Source: Eledone cirrhosa (taxonomy: Eukaryota). From it: a stretch of DNA of 64,000 bases. A program made the position numbers and the translations under genes. The stretch's first letter is position 1; every line of letters begins with the position of its first letter. Shown one piece after another: positions 1 to 17,959 of this stretch. Location: NCBI GenBank assembly GCA_964016885.1, contig OZ024766.1, forward strand, positions 2,542,001-2,606,000. The letters are read 5' to 3'. The notes under the pieces are model-generated. The model had not been told where the DNA came from, ran no database searches, and saw only the letters and a list, made by a program, of their open reading frames with translations.

Positions 1-1992
<1,992 letters not shown>

Positions 1993-2531
1993 TAGACTCC
2001 AAACATTGCTGGCCATTTTTACAAATATATTTTCATTTGAGATTAAAATCTTTCTCTGATCTATTCTTGACTTTTTGAATTAATTTGAAATCTATGCCAG
2101 GAATTTCAGCCTTGGTTTGTCAACACCAACATTGCCTCCTATGGTGTGTAATTAAGGGACCTCTATCATCTGAGATATTGCCTTCTCTGCTATGATACAT
2201 TATAGAGGCCTACACCAACATTGCCTGCTATAGTGTGTGTAATTAAGGGCCCTCTGTCACCTTAGGTAATGCTGTGTGTTTCTAGTCCCAGAAAATTTAG
2301 AGGGTAACACCAACATTCTCTGTTATAGTAATTGAAGGAGTAGTTTTACCTGTTTTTCTTTTCTTTCTGACTCACTTTTTTTTATTGATTTCATTGTTTT
2401 GTAAATAATTTATTAATTTTTCATAATTAATTTTATAAAGTGTATTTATATCCTAAATTTCATTCAATTTGTTGTTAATAAAATAATTATATTTAAGGAA
2501 TTTATCAAGTCTGTAACTTTTTGTTATTTTG

Positions 2532-3043
2532 CCATCTAAATCTCAGTTATTAACACCATATGTAATGATATCTTGTTAGTAGTTTTAATACATCTAACAC
2601 CCATCTAAATCTCTGTTATTAACACCATATGTAATGATATCATCTTGTTAGTAGTTTTAATACATCTAACACCCATCTAAATCTCTGTTATTAACACCAT
2701 GTGTAATGATATCTTGTTAGTAGTTTTAATACATCTAACACCCATCTAAATCTCTGTTATTAACACCATTTGTAATGATATCATCTTGTTAGTAGTTTTA
2801 ATACATCTAACACCCATCTAAATCTCTGTTATTAACACCATTTGTAATGATATCATCTTGTTAGTAGTTTTAATACATCTAACACCCATCTAAATCTCTG
2901 TTATTAACACCATTTGTAATGATATCATCTTGTTAGTAGTTTTAATACATCTAACACCCATCTAAATCTCTGTTATTAACACCATATGTAATGATATCAT
3001 CTTGTTAGTAGTTTTAATACATCTAACACCCATCTAAATCTCT
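2532..3043. repeat. 72-bp minisatellite (~7 units) downstream of the ZNF polyA region; also at ~6299-6455, 9943-10238, 13780-14005, 17669-17953
   Basis: Unit CCATCTAAATCTCTGTTATTAACACCATATGTAATGATATCATCTTGTTAGTAGTTTTAATACATCTAACAC. It follows an AATAAA at 2477. Confidence 0.9.
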
Positions 3044-3044
3044 G

Positions 3045-3340
3045 GACAGGGGGCCACCAAGGAAACAAATTCCTTGACACATCGACCATCACTGTTGGTC
3101 CAACCTAGCTGATACATGTCTCACCAACAACCATGCTGTCTGCTCCTTGAAAAAAAAAAAGGGCCACCCTCGAGGACTAGACTCCTCGGAGGAAGAACCA
3201 CAAGTTATCAAACCCTTCTCCAGACCTTCATCTGTGGCTGTGCCATGCCTGTCCTATGTAGGCCTGACCAGCCACAAGCAGGCCTACAAGCAACATAGAA
3301 CAACTCCTTAACCTTTTTTCTCGAAGCCAAACAATGATAA
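3045..3340 (+). mobile_element. Decayed 3' end of an RTE/BovB-like LINE, co-duplicated in the ZNF spacers (also ~6455-6750, 10240-10545, 14005-14320)
   Basis: GC-richer block with remnants of the C-terminal F.C..C...GL.SH..A motif (TTCATCTGTGGCTGT...GGCCTGACCAGCCACAAGCAGGCC). Confidence 0.55.
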
Positions 3341-4136
3341 ATTTTATTGAGTTACAGATGGAGATATAAATATATATACAAACAAACAACGGATTAAAAC
3401 TACCAGGGGAGACAACCTCAGTAGAGTGTGATATTTGGCTGCTATTTCTACCAGGTCAAGTATCCAGGTAGGAGACTCCCTCCTTGATACGTAATAAATA
3501 TTTCAATGAGTGTTGCGGCTTGTTTTACCATGGGTTGGATACAATTGATGGAGTGAATTGATATAACTGAAGGTATTAAATTATGTCATTCACTTTTAAC
3601 GTATGACACCGGTCACAAACCGGAAAGAGAAACATTACCAACGACACCACGTACCTGCTATCTTAATTATAACTTCAATTAATCTAATTATATCTTGTGT
3701 ATCAATTATCTCATGTTAAGGTGAAAGTTGATATTCTGTAGATAACATAGAGTGAGCTACATGTTCCAGGGTAGGTGTTCCATCTCCTACATGATTAAAT
3801 ATTTCATTTCATGAGAAACTACGCTACATCGTGAATTGGTTGTTCCACGTTTTACAGGACAGTGAGAAATAGGTTTAAATCACCAACATCTGAACAATTA
3901 GCTTTCCTGGTCTTTCTCGACTTTACACTTGGACTTGAATTATAAAGTACGTATTATTTGTATTGTTAACACAGCAAATATTGTGTACTTTTCTACACTC
4001 TGGTGTGAACAATCCTCATTTATTAAGACACAAACACACACACACACACACACACTCTCTTACACTTTCTTATACCGACATCAGTCTTACACAGTTATAT
4101 ATCTTCAGAACTTCGAAGAATTCTTCAAGAATTACT

Positions 4137-5744
4137 ATGGAGGACGTTAAACACTTGGACATTTCTACCACACCTGTTTCTACCAATATAGATACAGTTA
4201 CACAGACATACAGTGGTGAGAAACCTTTACCTAGTGAAACATGTACTGAACATGGATCATTATACAGCTATATTCCTGAATATAGCTGTGGGGTTTGTAG
4301 GAAAACTTTCTCATCAGAAGATGAATTATCTACACACAAACACATACATATTAAAGACAGACCCTATCATTGTGACATATGTGGGAAATCTTTTGGCAGT
4401 AGTAGTAATTTGACTACCCACAAAAGAACACACACTGGAGAGAAACCCTATCATTGTGAAATATGTGGGAAAGCATTTGTACAGAGCATTTCTTTAATTG
4501 TACATAAAAGAACACACACTGGAGAGAAACCCTATCACTGTGAAATATGTGGGAAAGCATTTGTACAGAGCAGTTCTTTAATTGTACATAAAAGAACACA
4601 CACTGGAGAGAAACCTTTTCATTGTGAAATATGTGGGAAAGCATTTGCAACAAACCATTCTTTAACTCTACATAAAAGTACACACACTGGAGAGAAACCC
4701 TATCATTGTGAAATATGTGGGAAATCTTTTAGTAGGAGTGGTCACTTGTCTACCCACAAAATAACACACACTGGAGCAAAACCTTTCAAATGTGAAACAT
4801 GTGGGAAATCTTTCAGTCTGAATTCTAAGTTAATTAGGCATTTAAGTAAGCACAGTGGGGAAAAACCATTTCACTGTGAAATATGTGGGAATTCTTTCGC
4901 TGAGAAAGCTAATCTTGTAAGACATATACGTATTCACACCGGAGAGAAACCTTATCACTGTGAAATATGTGGGAAATATTTTGCTCAAAGTTCTGGTCTT
5001 GTAGTTCACAGAACAACACACACTGGTGACAGATACCATCACTGTGAAATATGTGGGAAAGCGTTTGCACAGAGCAATTCTTTAACTGTACATGAAAGAA
5101 TACACACTGGAGAGAAACCCTATCATTGTGAAATATGTGAGAAATCTTTTGTAAGAAGTTCTCATTTAACTGAACATAAAAGAACACACACTGGAGAGAA
5201 ACCTTTTCATTGTGAAATATGTGGGAAAGCATTTGCAACCAAATATTCTTTAACTATACATAAAAGTACACACACTGGAGAGAAACCCTATCATTGTGAA
5301 ATATGTGGGAAATCTTTTGTAAGAAGTTCTCATTTAACTGAACATAAAAGAACACACACTGGAGAGAAACCCTATCATTGTGAAATATGTGGGAAAGCGT
5401 TTGTACAGAGCAATTATTTAATTAGACATAAAAGTACACACACTGGAGAGAAACACTATCACTGTGAAATATGTGGGAAATCCTTTGTAAGAAGTTGTTC
5501 TTTAATTAGACATAAAAGAACACACACTGGAGAGAAACCCTATCATTGTGAAATATGTGGGAAAGCGTTTACACAGAGTACTGGTCTCATTGTCCACAAA
5601 CGTACTCACACTGGAGAAAAGCCTTTCCACTGTGAAATATGTGGGGAATCTTTCACTAGTAACAGTGAATATAATAAACACAAAAGAACACACACTGGAG
5701 AAAAACGTTCCACCAATATCAAATGTGAATACTTGGCAGTTTGA
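4137..5744 (+). CDS. C2H2 zinc-finger protein copy 2, 535 aa, 17 fingers, single coding exon
   Basis: ATG of [10 protein letters not shown] follows a conserved TCTTCAG acceptor (ending 4108). Open ORF with TGEKP linkers. No recognisable KRAB/ZAD/SCAN/BTB domain. Confidence 0.92.
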   Translation: MEDVKHLDISTTPVSTNIDTVTQTYSGEKPLPSETCTEHGSLYSYIPEYSCGVCRKTFSSEDELSTHKHIHIKDRPYHCDICGKSFGSSSNLTTHKRTHTGEKPYHCEICGKAFVQSISLIVHKRTHTGEKPYHCEICGKAFVQSSSLIVHKRTHTGEKPFHCEICGKAFATNHSLTLHKSTHTGEKPYHCEICGKSFSRSGHLSTHKITHTGAKPFKCETCGKSFSLNSKLIRHLSKHSGEKPFHCEICGNSFAEKANLVRHIRIHTGEKPYHCEICGKYFAQSSGLVVHRTTHTGDRYHHCEICGKAFAQSNSLTVHERIHTGEKPYHCEICEKSFVRSSHLTEHKRTHTGEKPFHCEICGKAFATKYSLTIHKSTHTGEKPYHCEICGKSFVRSSHLTEHKRTHTGEKPYHCEICGKAFVQSNYLIRHKSTHTGEKHYHCEICGKSFVRSCSLIRHKRTHTGEKPYHCEICGKAFTQSTGLIVHKRTHTGEKPFHCEICGESFTSNSEYNKHKRTHTGEKRSTNIKCEYLAV

Positions 5745-7536
5745 TAGACTCCAAACATTGTTGGCCATTTGTACAAATATATTTTCATTTGAAATTAAAA
5801 TCTTTCTCTGATCTATTCTTGACTTTTTGAATTAATTTTAAATCTATGCCAGAAATTTCAGCCTTGGTTTGTCAACACCAACATTCCCTGCTATAGTATG
5901 TGTAATTAAGGGACCCTCTATCATCTGAGGTAATGTCTTGTCTGCTATGATAAATTTTAGAGGCCTTGGTTTGTCAACACCAACTTTCCCTGCTATAGTG
6001 TGTGTAATTAAGGGCCCTCTATCACCTGAGGTAATGCTGTGTCTGTCTAGTCTCAGAAATTAAAGAGGGTAACACCAACATTCTCTGTTACAGTAATTGA
6101 AGGAGTAGTTTTACCAGTTTTTCTTTTTCTTTCTGACTTCCTTTTTTTTTATTGATTTCATTGTTTTGTAAATAATTTATTAATTTTTCATAATTAATTT
6201 TATAAAGTGTATTTATGTCCTTAATTTCATCCTATTTGTTGTTAATAAAAGAATTATATTTAAGGAATTTATCAAGTCTGTAACTTTTTGTTATTTTGCC
6301 ATCTAAATCTCTGTTATTAACACCATATGTAATGATATCATCTTGTTAGTAGTTTTAATACATCTAACACCCATCTAAATCTCTGTTTTAACACCATATG
6401 TAATGATATCATCTTGTAAGTAGTTTTAATACATCTAACACCCATCTAAATCTCTGGACAGGGGGCCACTAAGGAAACAAATTCCTTGTCACATCGACCA
6501 TCACTGTTGGTCCAACCTAGCTGAGACATGTCTCACCAACAACCATGCTGTCTGCTCCTTGAAAAACACCCACAGGGCCACCCTCGAGGACAAGAGTCCT
6601 AGGAGGAAGAACCACAAGTTATCAAACCCTTCTCTAGACCTTCATCTGTGGCTGTGCCATGCCTATCCTACATAGGCCTGACCAGCCCCAAGCAGGCCTG
6701 CAAGCAACGTAGAACAGCTCCTTAACCTTCTCGAAGCCAAACCATGATAAATTTTATTGAGTTACAGATGGTGATATAAATATATATACAAACAAACAAC
6801 GGATTAACACTACAAGGGTAGACAACCTCAGTAGAGTGTGATATTTGGCTGCTATTTCTACCAGGTCAAGTATCCAGGTAGGAGACTCCCTCCTTGATAC
6901 GTAATAAATATTTCAATGAGTGATGCTGCTTGTTTTACCATGGGTTGGATACAATTGATGGAGTGAATTGATATAACTGAAGGTATTAAATTATGTCAGG
7001 GACTTTTAACGTATGACACCGGTCACAAACCGGAAAGAGAAACATTACCAACGACAACACGCACCTGCTATCTTAATTATAACTTTAATTAATCTAATTA
7101 TATCTTGTGTATCAATTATCTCATGTTAAGGTGAAAGTTACTATTCTGTAGATAACATAGAGTGAGCTACATGTTCCAGGGTAGGTGTTCCATCTCCTAC
7201 ATGATTAAATATTTCATTTCATGAGAAACTACGCTACATCGTGAATTGGTTGTTCCACATTTTACAGGACTGAGAAATAGGTTTAAATCACCAACATCTG
7301 AACAATTAGCTTCCCTGGTCTTTCTTGACATTACATTTGGACTTGAAATATAAAGTACGTATTATTTGTATTATTAACACAGCAGATATTGTGTACTTTT
7401 CTACACTCCATGGTGAACAATCCTCATTTATTAAGACAAACACACACACTCTCTCTCTCTCATACTTTCTTATACCAACATCAGTCTTACACAGTTATAT
7501 ATCTTCAGAACTTCGAAGAATTCGTCAAGAATTACA

Positions 7537-9312
7537 ATGGAAGACGTTAAACACTTGGACATTTCTACCACACCTGTTTCTACCAATATAGATACAGTTA
7601 CACAGACATACAGTGGTGAGAAACCTTTACCTAGTGAAACATGTACTGAACAAGGATCATTACACAGAAATACTCCTGAATATAGCTGTGGTGTTTGTAG
7701 GAAAACTTTCTCATCAGAAGATGAATTATCTACACACAAACTCATACATACTAAAGACAGACCCTATCATTGTGAAATATGTGGGAAATCTTTTGGCAGT
7801 AGTAGTCAATTGACTCGACACTGCAGAACACATACTGCAGAGAAACCCTATCATTGTGAAATATGTGGGAAATCTTATAGTAGGAATCGTGACTTGATTA
7901 ACCACAAAAGAACACACACTGGAGAGAAACCCTATCATTGTGAAATATGTGGGATAACTTTTAGTAGGAGTTGTCACTTGTCTACCCACAAAAGAACACA
8001 TACTGGAGAAAAACCTTTCAAATGTGAAACATGTGGGAAATCTTTCAGTCTGAATTCTAATTTAATTAGGCATTTAAGTAGTCACAGTGGGGAAAAACCA
8101 TTTCACTGTGAAATATGTGGGAATTCTTTCGCTGAGAAAGCTAATCTTGTAAGACATATACGTATTCACACCGGAGAGAAACCTTATCACTGTGAAATAT
8201 GTGGGAAATATTTTGCTCATAGTTCTGTACTTGTAGTTCACAGAACAACACACACTGGAGAGAAACACTTCCATTGTGAAATATGTGGGAAAGCGTTTGT
8301 GAAAAGCAGTGATTTAACTATACATAAAAGATCACACACTGGAGAGAAACCCTATCATTGTGAAACATGTGGGAAATATTTTGTAACAAGCCGTTCTTTA
8401 ACTATACATAAAAGAACACACACAGGAGAGAAACCCTATCACTGTGAAATATGTGGGAAAGTGTTTGTACGGAGCAGTTCTTTAATTGTACATAAAAGAA
8501 CACACACTGGAGAGAAACCCTATAACTGTGAAATATGTGGGAAATATTTTGTAATAAGCAGTCATTTAATTATACATAAAAGAACACACACTGGAGAGAA
8601 ACCCTATCATTGTGAAATATGTGGGAAATATTTTGTAACAAGCCATTCTTTAACTATACATAAAAGAACACACACAGGAGAGAAACCCTATCATTGTGAA
8701 ATATGTGGCAAATCTTTTGTAACAGGCCGTTCTTTAACTATACATAAAAGAACACACACAGGAGAGAAACCCTATCATTGTGAAGTATGTGGGAAAGCAT
8801 TTGTACAGAGCAAATATTTAACTATACATAATAGAACACACACTGGAGAGAAACCCTATCATTGTGAAACATGTGGGAAATATTTTGTAACAAACCATTC
8901 TTTAACTATACATAAAAGAACACACACAGGAGAGAAACCCTATCATTGTGAAATATGTGGGAAAGCATTTGTACAAAGCAATTATTTAATTAGACATAAA
9001 AGTACACACACTGGAGAGAAACCCTATCACTGTGAAATATGTGGGAAATCCTTTGTAAGAAGTTGTTCTTTAATTAGACATAAAAGAACACACACTGGAG
9101 AGAAACCCTATCATTGTGAAATATGTGGGAAAGCGTTTACACAGAGTACTGGTCTCATTGTCCACAAACGTACTCACACTGGAGAAAAGCCTTTCCACTG
9201 TGAAATATGTGGGGAATCTTTCACTAGTAACAGTGAATATAATAAACACAAAAGAACACACACTGGAGAAAAACGTTCCACCAATATCAAATGTGAATAC
9301 TTGGCAGTTTGA
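7537..9312 (+). CDS. C2H2 zinc-finger protein copy 3, 591 aa, 19 fingers
   Basis: Intact ORF with the same leader and tail as copy 2. Confidence 0.92.
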   Translation: MEDVKHLDISTTPVSTNIDTVTQTYSGEKPLPSETCTEQGSLHRNTPEYSCGVCRKTFSSEDELSTHKLIHTKDRPYHCEICGKSFGSSSQLTRHCRTHTAEKPYHCEICGKSYSRNRDLINHKRTHTGEKPYHCEICGITFSRSCHLSTHKRTHTGEKPFKCETCGKSFSLNSNLIRHLSSHSGEKPFHCEICGNSFAEKANLVRHIRIHTGEKPYHCEICGKYFAHSSVLVVHRTTHTGEKHFHCEICGKAFVKSSDLTIHKRSHTGEKPYHCETCGKYFVTSRSLTIHKRTHTGEKPYHCEICGKVFVRSSSLIVHKRTHTGEKPYNCEICGKYFVISSHLIIHKRTHTGEKPYHCEICGKYFVTSHSLTIHKRTHTGEKPYHCEICGKSFVTGRSLTIHKRTHTGEKPYHCEVCGKAFVQSKYLTIHNRTHTGEKPYHCETCGKYFVTNHSLTIHKRTHTGEKPYHCEICGKAFVQSNYLIRHKSTHTGEKPYHCEICGKSFVRSCSLIRHKRTHTGEKPYHCEICGKAFTQSTGLIVHKRTHTGEKPFHCEICGESFTSNSEYNKHKRTHTGEKRSTNIKCEYLAV

Positions 9313-11462
9313 TAGACTCCAAACATTGTTGGCCATTTGTACAAATATATTTTCATTTGAAATTAAAATCTTTCTCTGATCTATTCTTGACTTTTTGAAT
9401 TAATTTTAAATCTATGCCAGAAATTTCAGCCTTGGTTTGTCAACACCAACATTCCCTGCTATAGTGTGTAATTAAGGGACCCTCTATCACCTGAGGTAAT
9501 GTCTTCTCTGCTATGTTACATTATAGAGGCCTACACCAACATTCCCTGCTATAGTGTGTAATCAAGGGACCCTCTATCACGTAAGATGTCTTGTCTGCTA
9601 TGATACATTTTAGAGGCCTGCACCAATATTCCCTGTTGTAGTGTGTGTAATTAAGGGCCCTCTATCACCTAAGGTAATGCTGTGTGTGTCCAGTCTCAGA
9701 AATTAAAGAGGGTAACACCAACATTCTCTGTTATAGTAATTGAAGAAGTAGTTTCACCTGTTTTTCTTTTACTTGCTGAATCCCTTTTTTTTTTTATTGA
9801 TTTCATTGTTTCGTAAATAATTTATTAATTATTCATAATTAATTTTAAAAGTGTATTTATGTCCTAAATTTCATTCTATTTGTTGTTAATAAAAGAATTA
9901 TATTTAAGGAATTTATCAAGTCTGTAACTTTTTGTTATTTTGCCATCTAAATCTCTGTTATTATCACCATATGTAATGATATCATCTTGTAAGTAGTTTT
10001 AATACATCTAACACCCATCTAAATCTGTTATTAACACCATATGTAATGATATCTTTGTAAGTAGTTTTAATACATCTAACACCCATCTAAATCTGTTATT
10101 AACACCATATGTAATGATATCATCTTATTAGTATTTTTAATACATCTAACACCCATCTAAATCTCTGTTATTAACACCATATGTAATGATATCATCTTGT
10201 TAGTAGTTTTAATACATTTAACACACATCTAAATCTCTGGACAGGGGGCCACCAAGGAAACAAATTCCTTGTCACATCGACCATCACTGGTGGTCCACCC
10301 TAGCTGAGACATGGGACGCCTGGTGTCTCGCCAACAACCATGCTGTCTGCTCCTAGAAAAACACCCACAGGGCCACCCTCGAGGACAAGAGTCCTAGGAG
10401 GAAGAACAACAACTAGTTATCAAACCCTTCTCCAGACCTTCATCTGTGGCTGTGCCATGCCTGTCCTACGTAGGCCTGACCAGCCACAAGCAGGCCTACA
10501 AGCAACGTAGAACAGCTCCTTAACCTTCTCGAAGCCAAACCATGATAAATTTTATTGAGTTACAGATGAGATATAAATATATATACAAACAAACAACGGA
10601 TTCATGGCATAATTCAATTCCCAGATTAGTATGATCGAGTAGGCATATATTTAAATATTGGGAGTTGTTTTAGCTGTACCCATGTAGTTTATATATATAT
10701 GTGTGTGTGTATGACTAAACTATGGTCTTTGCTGTTGTAAGACAGTTGAGAGTGATATTTGGCTGCTATTTCTACCAGGTCAAGTAACCAGGTAGGAGAC
10801 TCCCTCGTTGATGCGTAATAAATATTTCACTGAGTGATGCTGCTTGTTTTACCATGGGTTGGGTACAATTGATGGAGTGAATTGATATAACTGAAGGTCT
10901 TTCTGAAGGTATTAAATTATGTCAGGGACTTTTAACGATTTACACCGGTGTTATTCAGGGGAAGGAAACGTTGTCAACAACATCACGTACCTGCTATCTT
11001 AATTATAACTTTAATTAATCTAAGTATATCTTGTGTAGCAATTATCTCATGTTAAGGTGACAGTTAATATTCTGTAGATAACATAGAGTGAGCTACATGT
11101 TCCAGGGTAGGTGTTCCATCTCCTACATGATTAAATATTTCATTTCATGAGAAACTACGCTACATCGTGAATTGGTTGTTCCACATTTTACAGGACAATG
11201 AGAAATAGGTTTAAATCACCAACATCTGAACAATTAGCTTTCCTGGTATTTCTTGACTTTACATTTGGACTTGAAATATAAAGTACGCATTATTTGTATT
11301 GTTAACACAGCAGATATTGTGTACTTTTCTACACTCCGTGGTGAACAATCCTCATTTATTAAGACACAAACACGCACTCTCTCTCTTACACTTTCTTATA
11401 CCTACATCAGTCTTACACAGTCATATATCTTCAGAACTTCGAAGAATTCTTCAAGAATTACT

Positions 11463-13070
<1,608 letters not shown>

Positions 13071-15279
13071 TAGACTCCAAACATTGCTGGCCATTTTTAC
13101 AAATATATTTTCATTTGAAATTAAAATCTTTCTCTGATCTATTCTTGACTTTTTGAATTAATTTGAAATTTATGCCAGAAATTTCAGCCTTGGTTTTCAA
13201 CACCATCATTCTCTCCTATAGTGTGTAATTAAGGGACCCTCTATCACCTGAGGTAATGTCTTCTCTGCTATGATACATTATAGAGGCCTACACCAACATT
13301 GCCTGCTATAGTGTGTGTAATTAAGGGCCCTCTATCATCTGTTCTCTGTTATGTTGAATTTCAGAAGCCTACACCAATATTCCCTTTTGTAGTGTGTAAT
13401 TAAGGGACCCTCTATCACGTAAGATGTCTTGTCTGCTATGATAAATTTTAGAGGCCTACACCAACATTCCCTGCTATAGTGTGTGTAATTAAGGGACCCT
13501 CTATCACAATGAGGTAATGCTGTGTCTGTCTAGTCCCAGAAATTAAAGAGGGTAACACCAACATTCTCTGTTACAGTAATTGAAGAAGTAGATTTACCTG
13601 TTTTTCTTTTTCTTTCTGACTCCCTTTTTTTATTGATTTCATTGTTCTGTAAATAATTTATTAATTTTTCATAATTAATTTTATAAAGTGTATTTATGTC
13701 CTAAATTTCATTCTATTTGTTGTTAATAAAAGAATTATATTTAAGGAATTTATCAAGTCTGTAACTTTTTGTTATTTTGCCATCTAAATCTCTGTTATTA
13801 ACACCATATGTAATGATATCATCTTGTAAGTAGTTTTAATACATCTAACACCCATCTAAATCTGTTATTAACACCATATGTAATGATATCTTTGTAAGTA
13901 GTTTTAATACATCTAACACCCATCTAAATCTCTGTTATTAACACCATATGTAATGATATCATCTTGTTAGTAGTTTTAATACATCTAACACCCATCTATA
14001 TTTCTGGACATGGGGCCACCAATGAAGCAATACAAGGACTGTTTGAACAAATTCCTTCTCACATCGACCATCACTGGTGGTCCACCTTAGCTGAGACATG
14101 TCTCACCAACAACCATGCTGTCTGCTCCTTGAAAAACACCCACAGGGCCACCCTCGAGGACAATAGTCCTAAGAGGAAGAACCACAAGTTATCAAACCCT
14201 TCTCCAGAGCTTCATCTGTTGCTGTGCCATGCCTGTCCTACGTAGGCCTGACCAGCCACAAGCAGGCCTACAAGCAGCGTAGAACAGCTCCTTAACCTTT
14301 GTTCTCGAAGCCAAGACATGATAAATGTTATTGAGTTACAGATGAGATATAAATATATAAACAAACAAACAACGGATTGACACTACCAGGGGAGACAACC
14401 TCACCATGGGATAATTCAATTCCCAAATTTGTATGATCGAGTAGGCATATATTTAAATATTGGGAGTTGTTTTAGCTGTACCCATCTAGTTTATATATAT
14501 ATATTTATATATATACGTGTGGGTGTGTGACTAAACTGCAGAATATGGTCTTTGTTGTAAGCCAGTAGAGAGGGATATTTGGCTGCTATTTCTACCAGGT
14601 CAAGTAACCAGGTAGGAGACTCCCTCGTTGATACGTAATAAATATTTTACTGAGTGATGCTGCTTGTTTTACCATGGGTTGGATACAATTGATGGAGTGA
14701 ATTGATATAACTGAAGGTCTTTCTGAAGGTATTAAATTATCTCAGGGACTATTAACGTATAACACCGGTCACAAACCGGAAAGAAAAACCTTACCAACGA
14801 CATCACGTACCTGCTGTCTTAATTATACTTTAATTAATCTAATTATATCTTGTGTATCAATTATCACATGTTAAAGTGAAAGTTAATATTCTGTAGATAA
14901 CATAGAGTGAGCTACATGTTCCAGGGTAGGTGTTCCATCTCCTACATGATTAAATATTTCATTTCATGAGAAACTACGCTACATCGTGAATTGGTTGTTC
15001 CACAGTTTACAGGACAGAGAGAAATAGGTTTAAATCACCAACATCTGAACAATTAGCTTTCCTGGTCTTTCTTGACTTTACATTTGGACTTGAAATATAA
15101 AGTACGTATTATTTGTATTGTTAACACAGCAGATATTGTGTACTTTTCTACACTCTGTGGGGAACAATACTAATTTATTAAGACCCACACATACACTCCC
15201 TCTTACACTTTCTTATACCGACATCAGTCTTACACAGTCATATATCTTCAGAACTTCGAAGAATTCTTCAAGAATTACA

Positions 15280-17218
15280 ATGGAAGACGTTAAACCCTTG
15301 GACATTTCTACCACACCTGTTTCTACCAATATAGATACAGTTACACAGACATACAGTGGTGAGAAACCTTTACCTAGTGAAACATGTACTGAACAAGGAT
15401 CATTACACAGAAATATTCCTGAATATAGCTGTGGGGTTTGTAGGAAAGCTTTCTCATCAGAAGATGAATTATCTACACACAAACTGATACATGTTAAAGA
15501 CAAACCCTATCATTGTGAAGTATGTGGGAAATCTTTTAGTAGGAGTTGTCACTTGACTAATCACAAAAGAACACACACACAAGAGAAACCTTTTCATTGT
15601 GAAATATGTGGGAAATATTTTGCTTATAGTTCTGGTCTTGTAGTTCACAGAACAACACACACTGGAGAGAAACCCCATCACTGTGAAACATGTGGGAAAT
15701 ATTTTGTAACGAACCATTCTTTAATTATACATAAAAGAACACACACTGGAGAGAAACCCTATCATTGTGAAATATGTGGGAAATCTTTTAGTTGCAGTCG
15801 TGACTTGACTAACCACAATAGAACACACACAGGAGAGAGACCTTTTCATTGTGAAAAATGTGGGAAATCTTTCAGTCTGAATTCCAATTTAATTAGGCAT
15901 TTAAGTAATCACAGTGGGGAAAAACCATTTCACTGTAAAATATGTGGGAATTCTTTCGCTGTGAAAGCTAATCTTGTTACACATATACGTATTCACACCG
16001 GAGAGAAACCTTTTCACTGTGAAATATGTGGGAAATATTTTGCTTATAGTTCTGTTCTTGTAGTTCACAGAACAACACACACTGGAGAGAAACCCCATCA
16101 CTGTGAAATATGTGGGAAAGCGTTTGTACACAGCAATTCTTTAACTATACATAAAAGAACACACACTGGAGAGAGACCCTATAATTGTGAAACATGTGGG
16201 AAATATTTTGTAACAAGCCGTTCTTTAATTATACACAAAAGAACACACACAGGAGAGAAACCCTATCATTGTGAAATATGTGGGAAAGCATTTGTACAGA
16301 GCAGTTCTTTAATTGTACATAAAAGAACACACACTGGAGAGAGACCCTATAATTGTGAAACATGTGGGAAATATTTTGTAACAAACCATTCTTTAATTAT
16401 ACATAAAAGAATACACACAGGAGAGAAACCCTATCATTGTGAAATATGTGGGAAAGCATTTGTACAGAGCAATTATTTAAATGTACATCAAAGAATACAC
16501 ACTGGAGAGAGACCCTATCATTGTGAAATATGTGGGAAATCTTTTGTAAGTTCCTATTTAACTGAACATAAAAGAACACACACTGGAGAGAAACCCTATA
16601 ACTGTGAAATATGTGGGAAAGCATTTGCACAGAGCAATTCTTTAACTGTACATGAAAGAATACACACTGGAGAGAAACCCTATCATTGTGAAATATGTGG
16701 GAAATCTTTTGTAAGAAGTTCTCATTTAACTGAACATAAAAGAACACATACTGGAGAAAAACCCTATCATTGTGAAATATGTGGGAAATATTTTGTAACA
16801 AACCGTTCTTTAATTATACATAAAAGAACACACACTGGAGAGAAACCCTATCATTGTGAAATATGTGGGAAAGTGTTTGTACAGAGCAGTTCTTTAATTG
16901 TACATAAAAGAACACACACTGGAGAGAGACCCCATCACTGTGAAATATGTGGGAAATCTTTTGTAAGAAGTTCTTATTTAACTGAACATAAAAGAACACA
17001 CACTGGAGAGAAACCCTATCATTGTGAAATATGTGGGAAAGCGTTTACACAGACTGCTGGTCTCATTGTCCACAAACGTACTCACACTGGAGAAAAGCCT
17101 TTCCACTGAAATATGTGGGGAATCTTTCATTAGTTACAGTGAATATAATAAACACAAAAGAACACACACTGGAGAAAAACGTTCCACCAATATCAAATGT
17201 GAATACTTGGCAGTTTGA
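15280..17218 (+). pseudogene. C2H2 zinc-finger copy 5: 20 fingers, then a 2-nt deletion (CACTGTGAA>CACTGAA) giving a stop at 17109
   Basis: ORF 15280-17109. The last finger and tail are in a shifted frame ending at 17218. One finger lacks a codon (SFVSSYL). It may encode a near-full-length protein. Confidence 0.75.
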
Positions 17219-17959
17219 TAGACTCCAAACATTGCTGGCCATTTTTACAAATATATTTTCATTTGAAATTAAAATCTTTCTCTGATCTATTCTTGACTTT
17301 TTGAATTAATTTTAAATCTATGCCAGAAATTTCAGCCTCGGTTTGTCAACACCAACATTGCCTGCTATAGTGTGTGTAATTAAGGGTCCTCTATCACCTG
17401 AGGTATTGCTGTGAGTGTCTAGTCTCAGAAATTAAAGAGGGTAACACTGACATTCTCTGTTACAGTAATTGAAGAAGTAGTTTTACCTGTTTTACCTTTT
17501 CTTTCTGACTCCCTTTTTTTATTGATTTCATTGTTTTGTAAATAATTTATTAATTTTTCATAATTAATTTTATAAAGTGTATTTATGTCCTAAATTTCAT
17601 TCTATTTGTTGTTAATAAAAGAATTACATTCAAGGAATTTAGCAAGTCTGTAACTTTTTGTTATTTTGCCATCTAAATCTGTTATTAACACCATTTGTAA
17701 TGATATCATCTTGTTAGTAGTTTTAATACATCTAACACCCATCTAAATCTCTGTTATTAACACCATATGTAATGATATCATCTTGTTAGTAGTTTTAATA
17801 CATCTAACACCTATCTAAATCTCTGTTATTAACACCATATGTAATGATATCATCTTGTTAGTAGTTTTAATACATCTAACACCCATCTAAATCTCTGTTA
17901 TTAACACCATATGTAATGATATCATCTTGTAAGTAGTTTTAATACATCTAACATGGCGT

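Noticed and set aside
3963-4136. N-terminal extensions of ZNF ORFs from TTG starts in the ORF track
   Set aside because: They cross a (CA/CT)n tract of variable length and a splice acceptor, and the frame is not conserved among copies.
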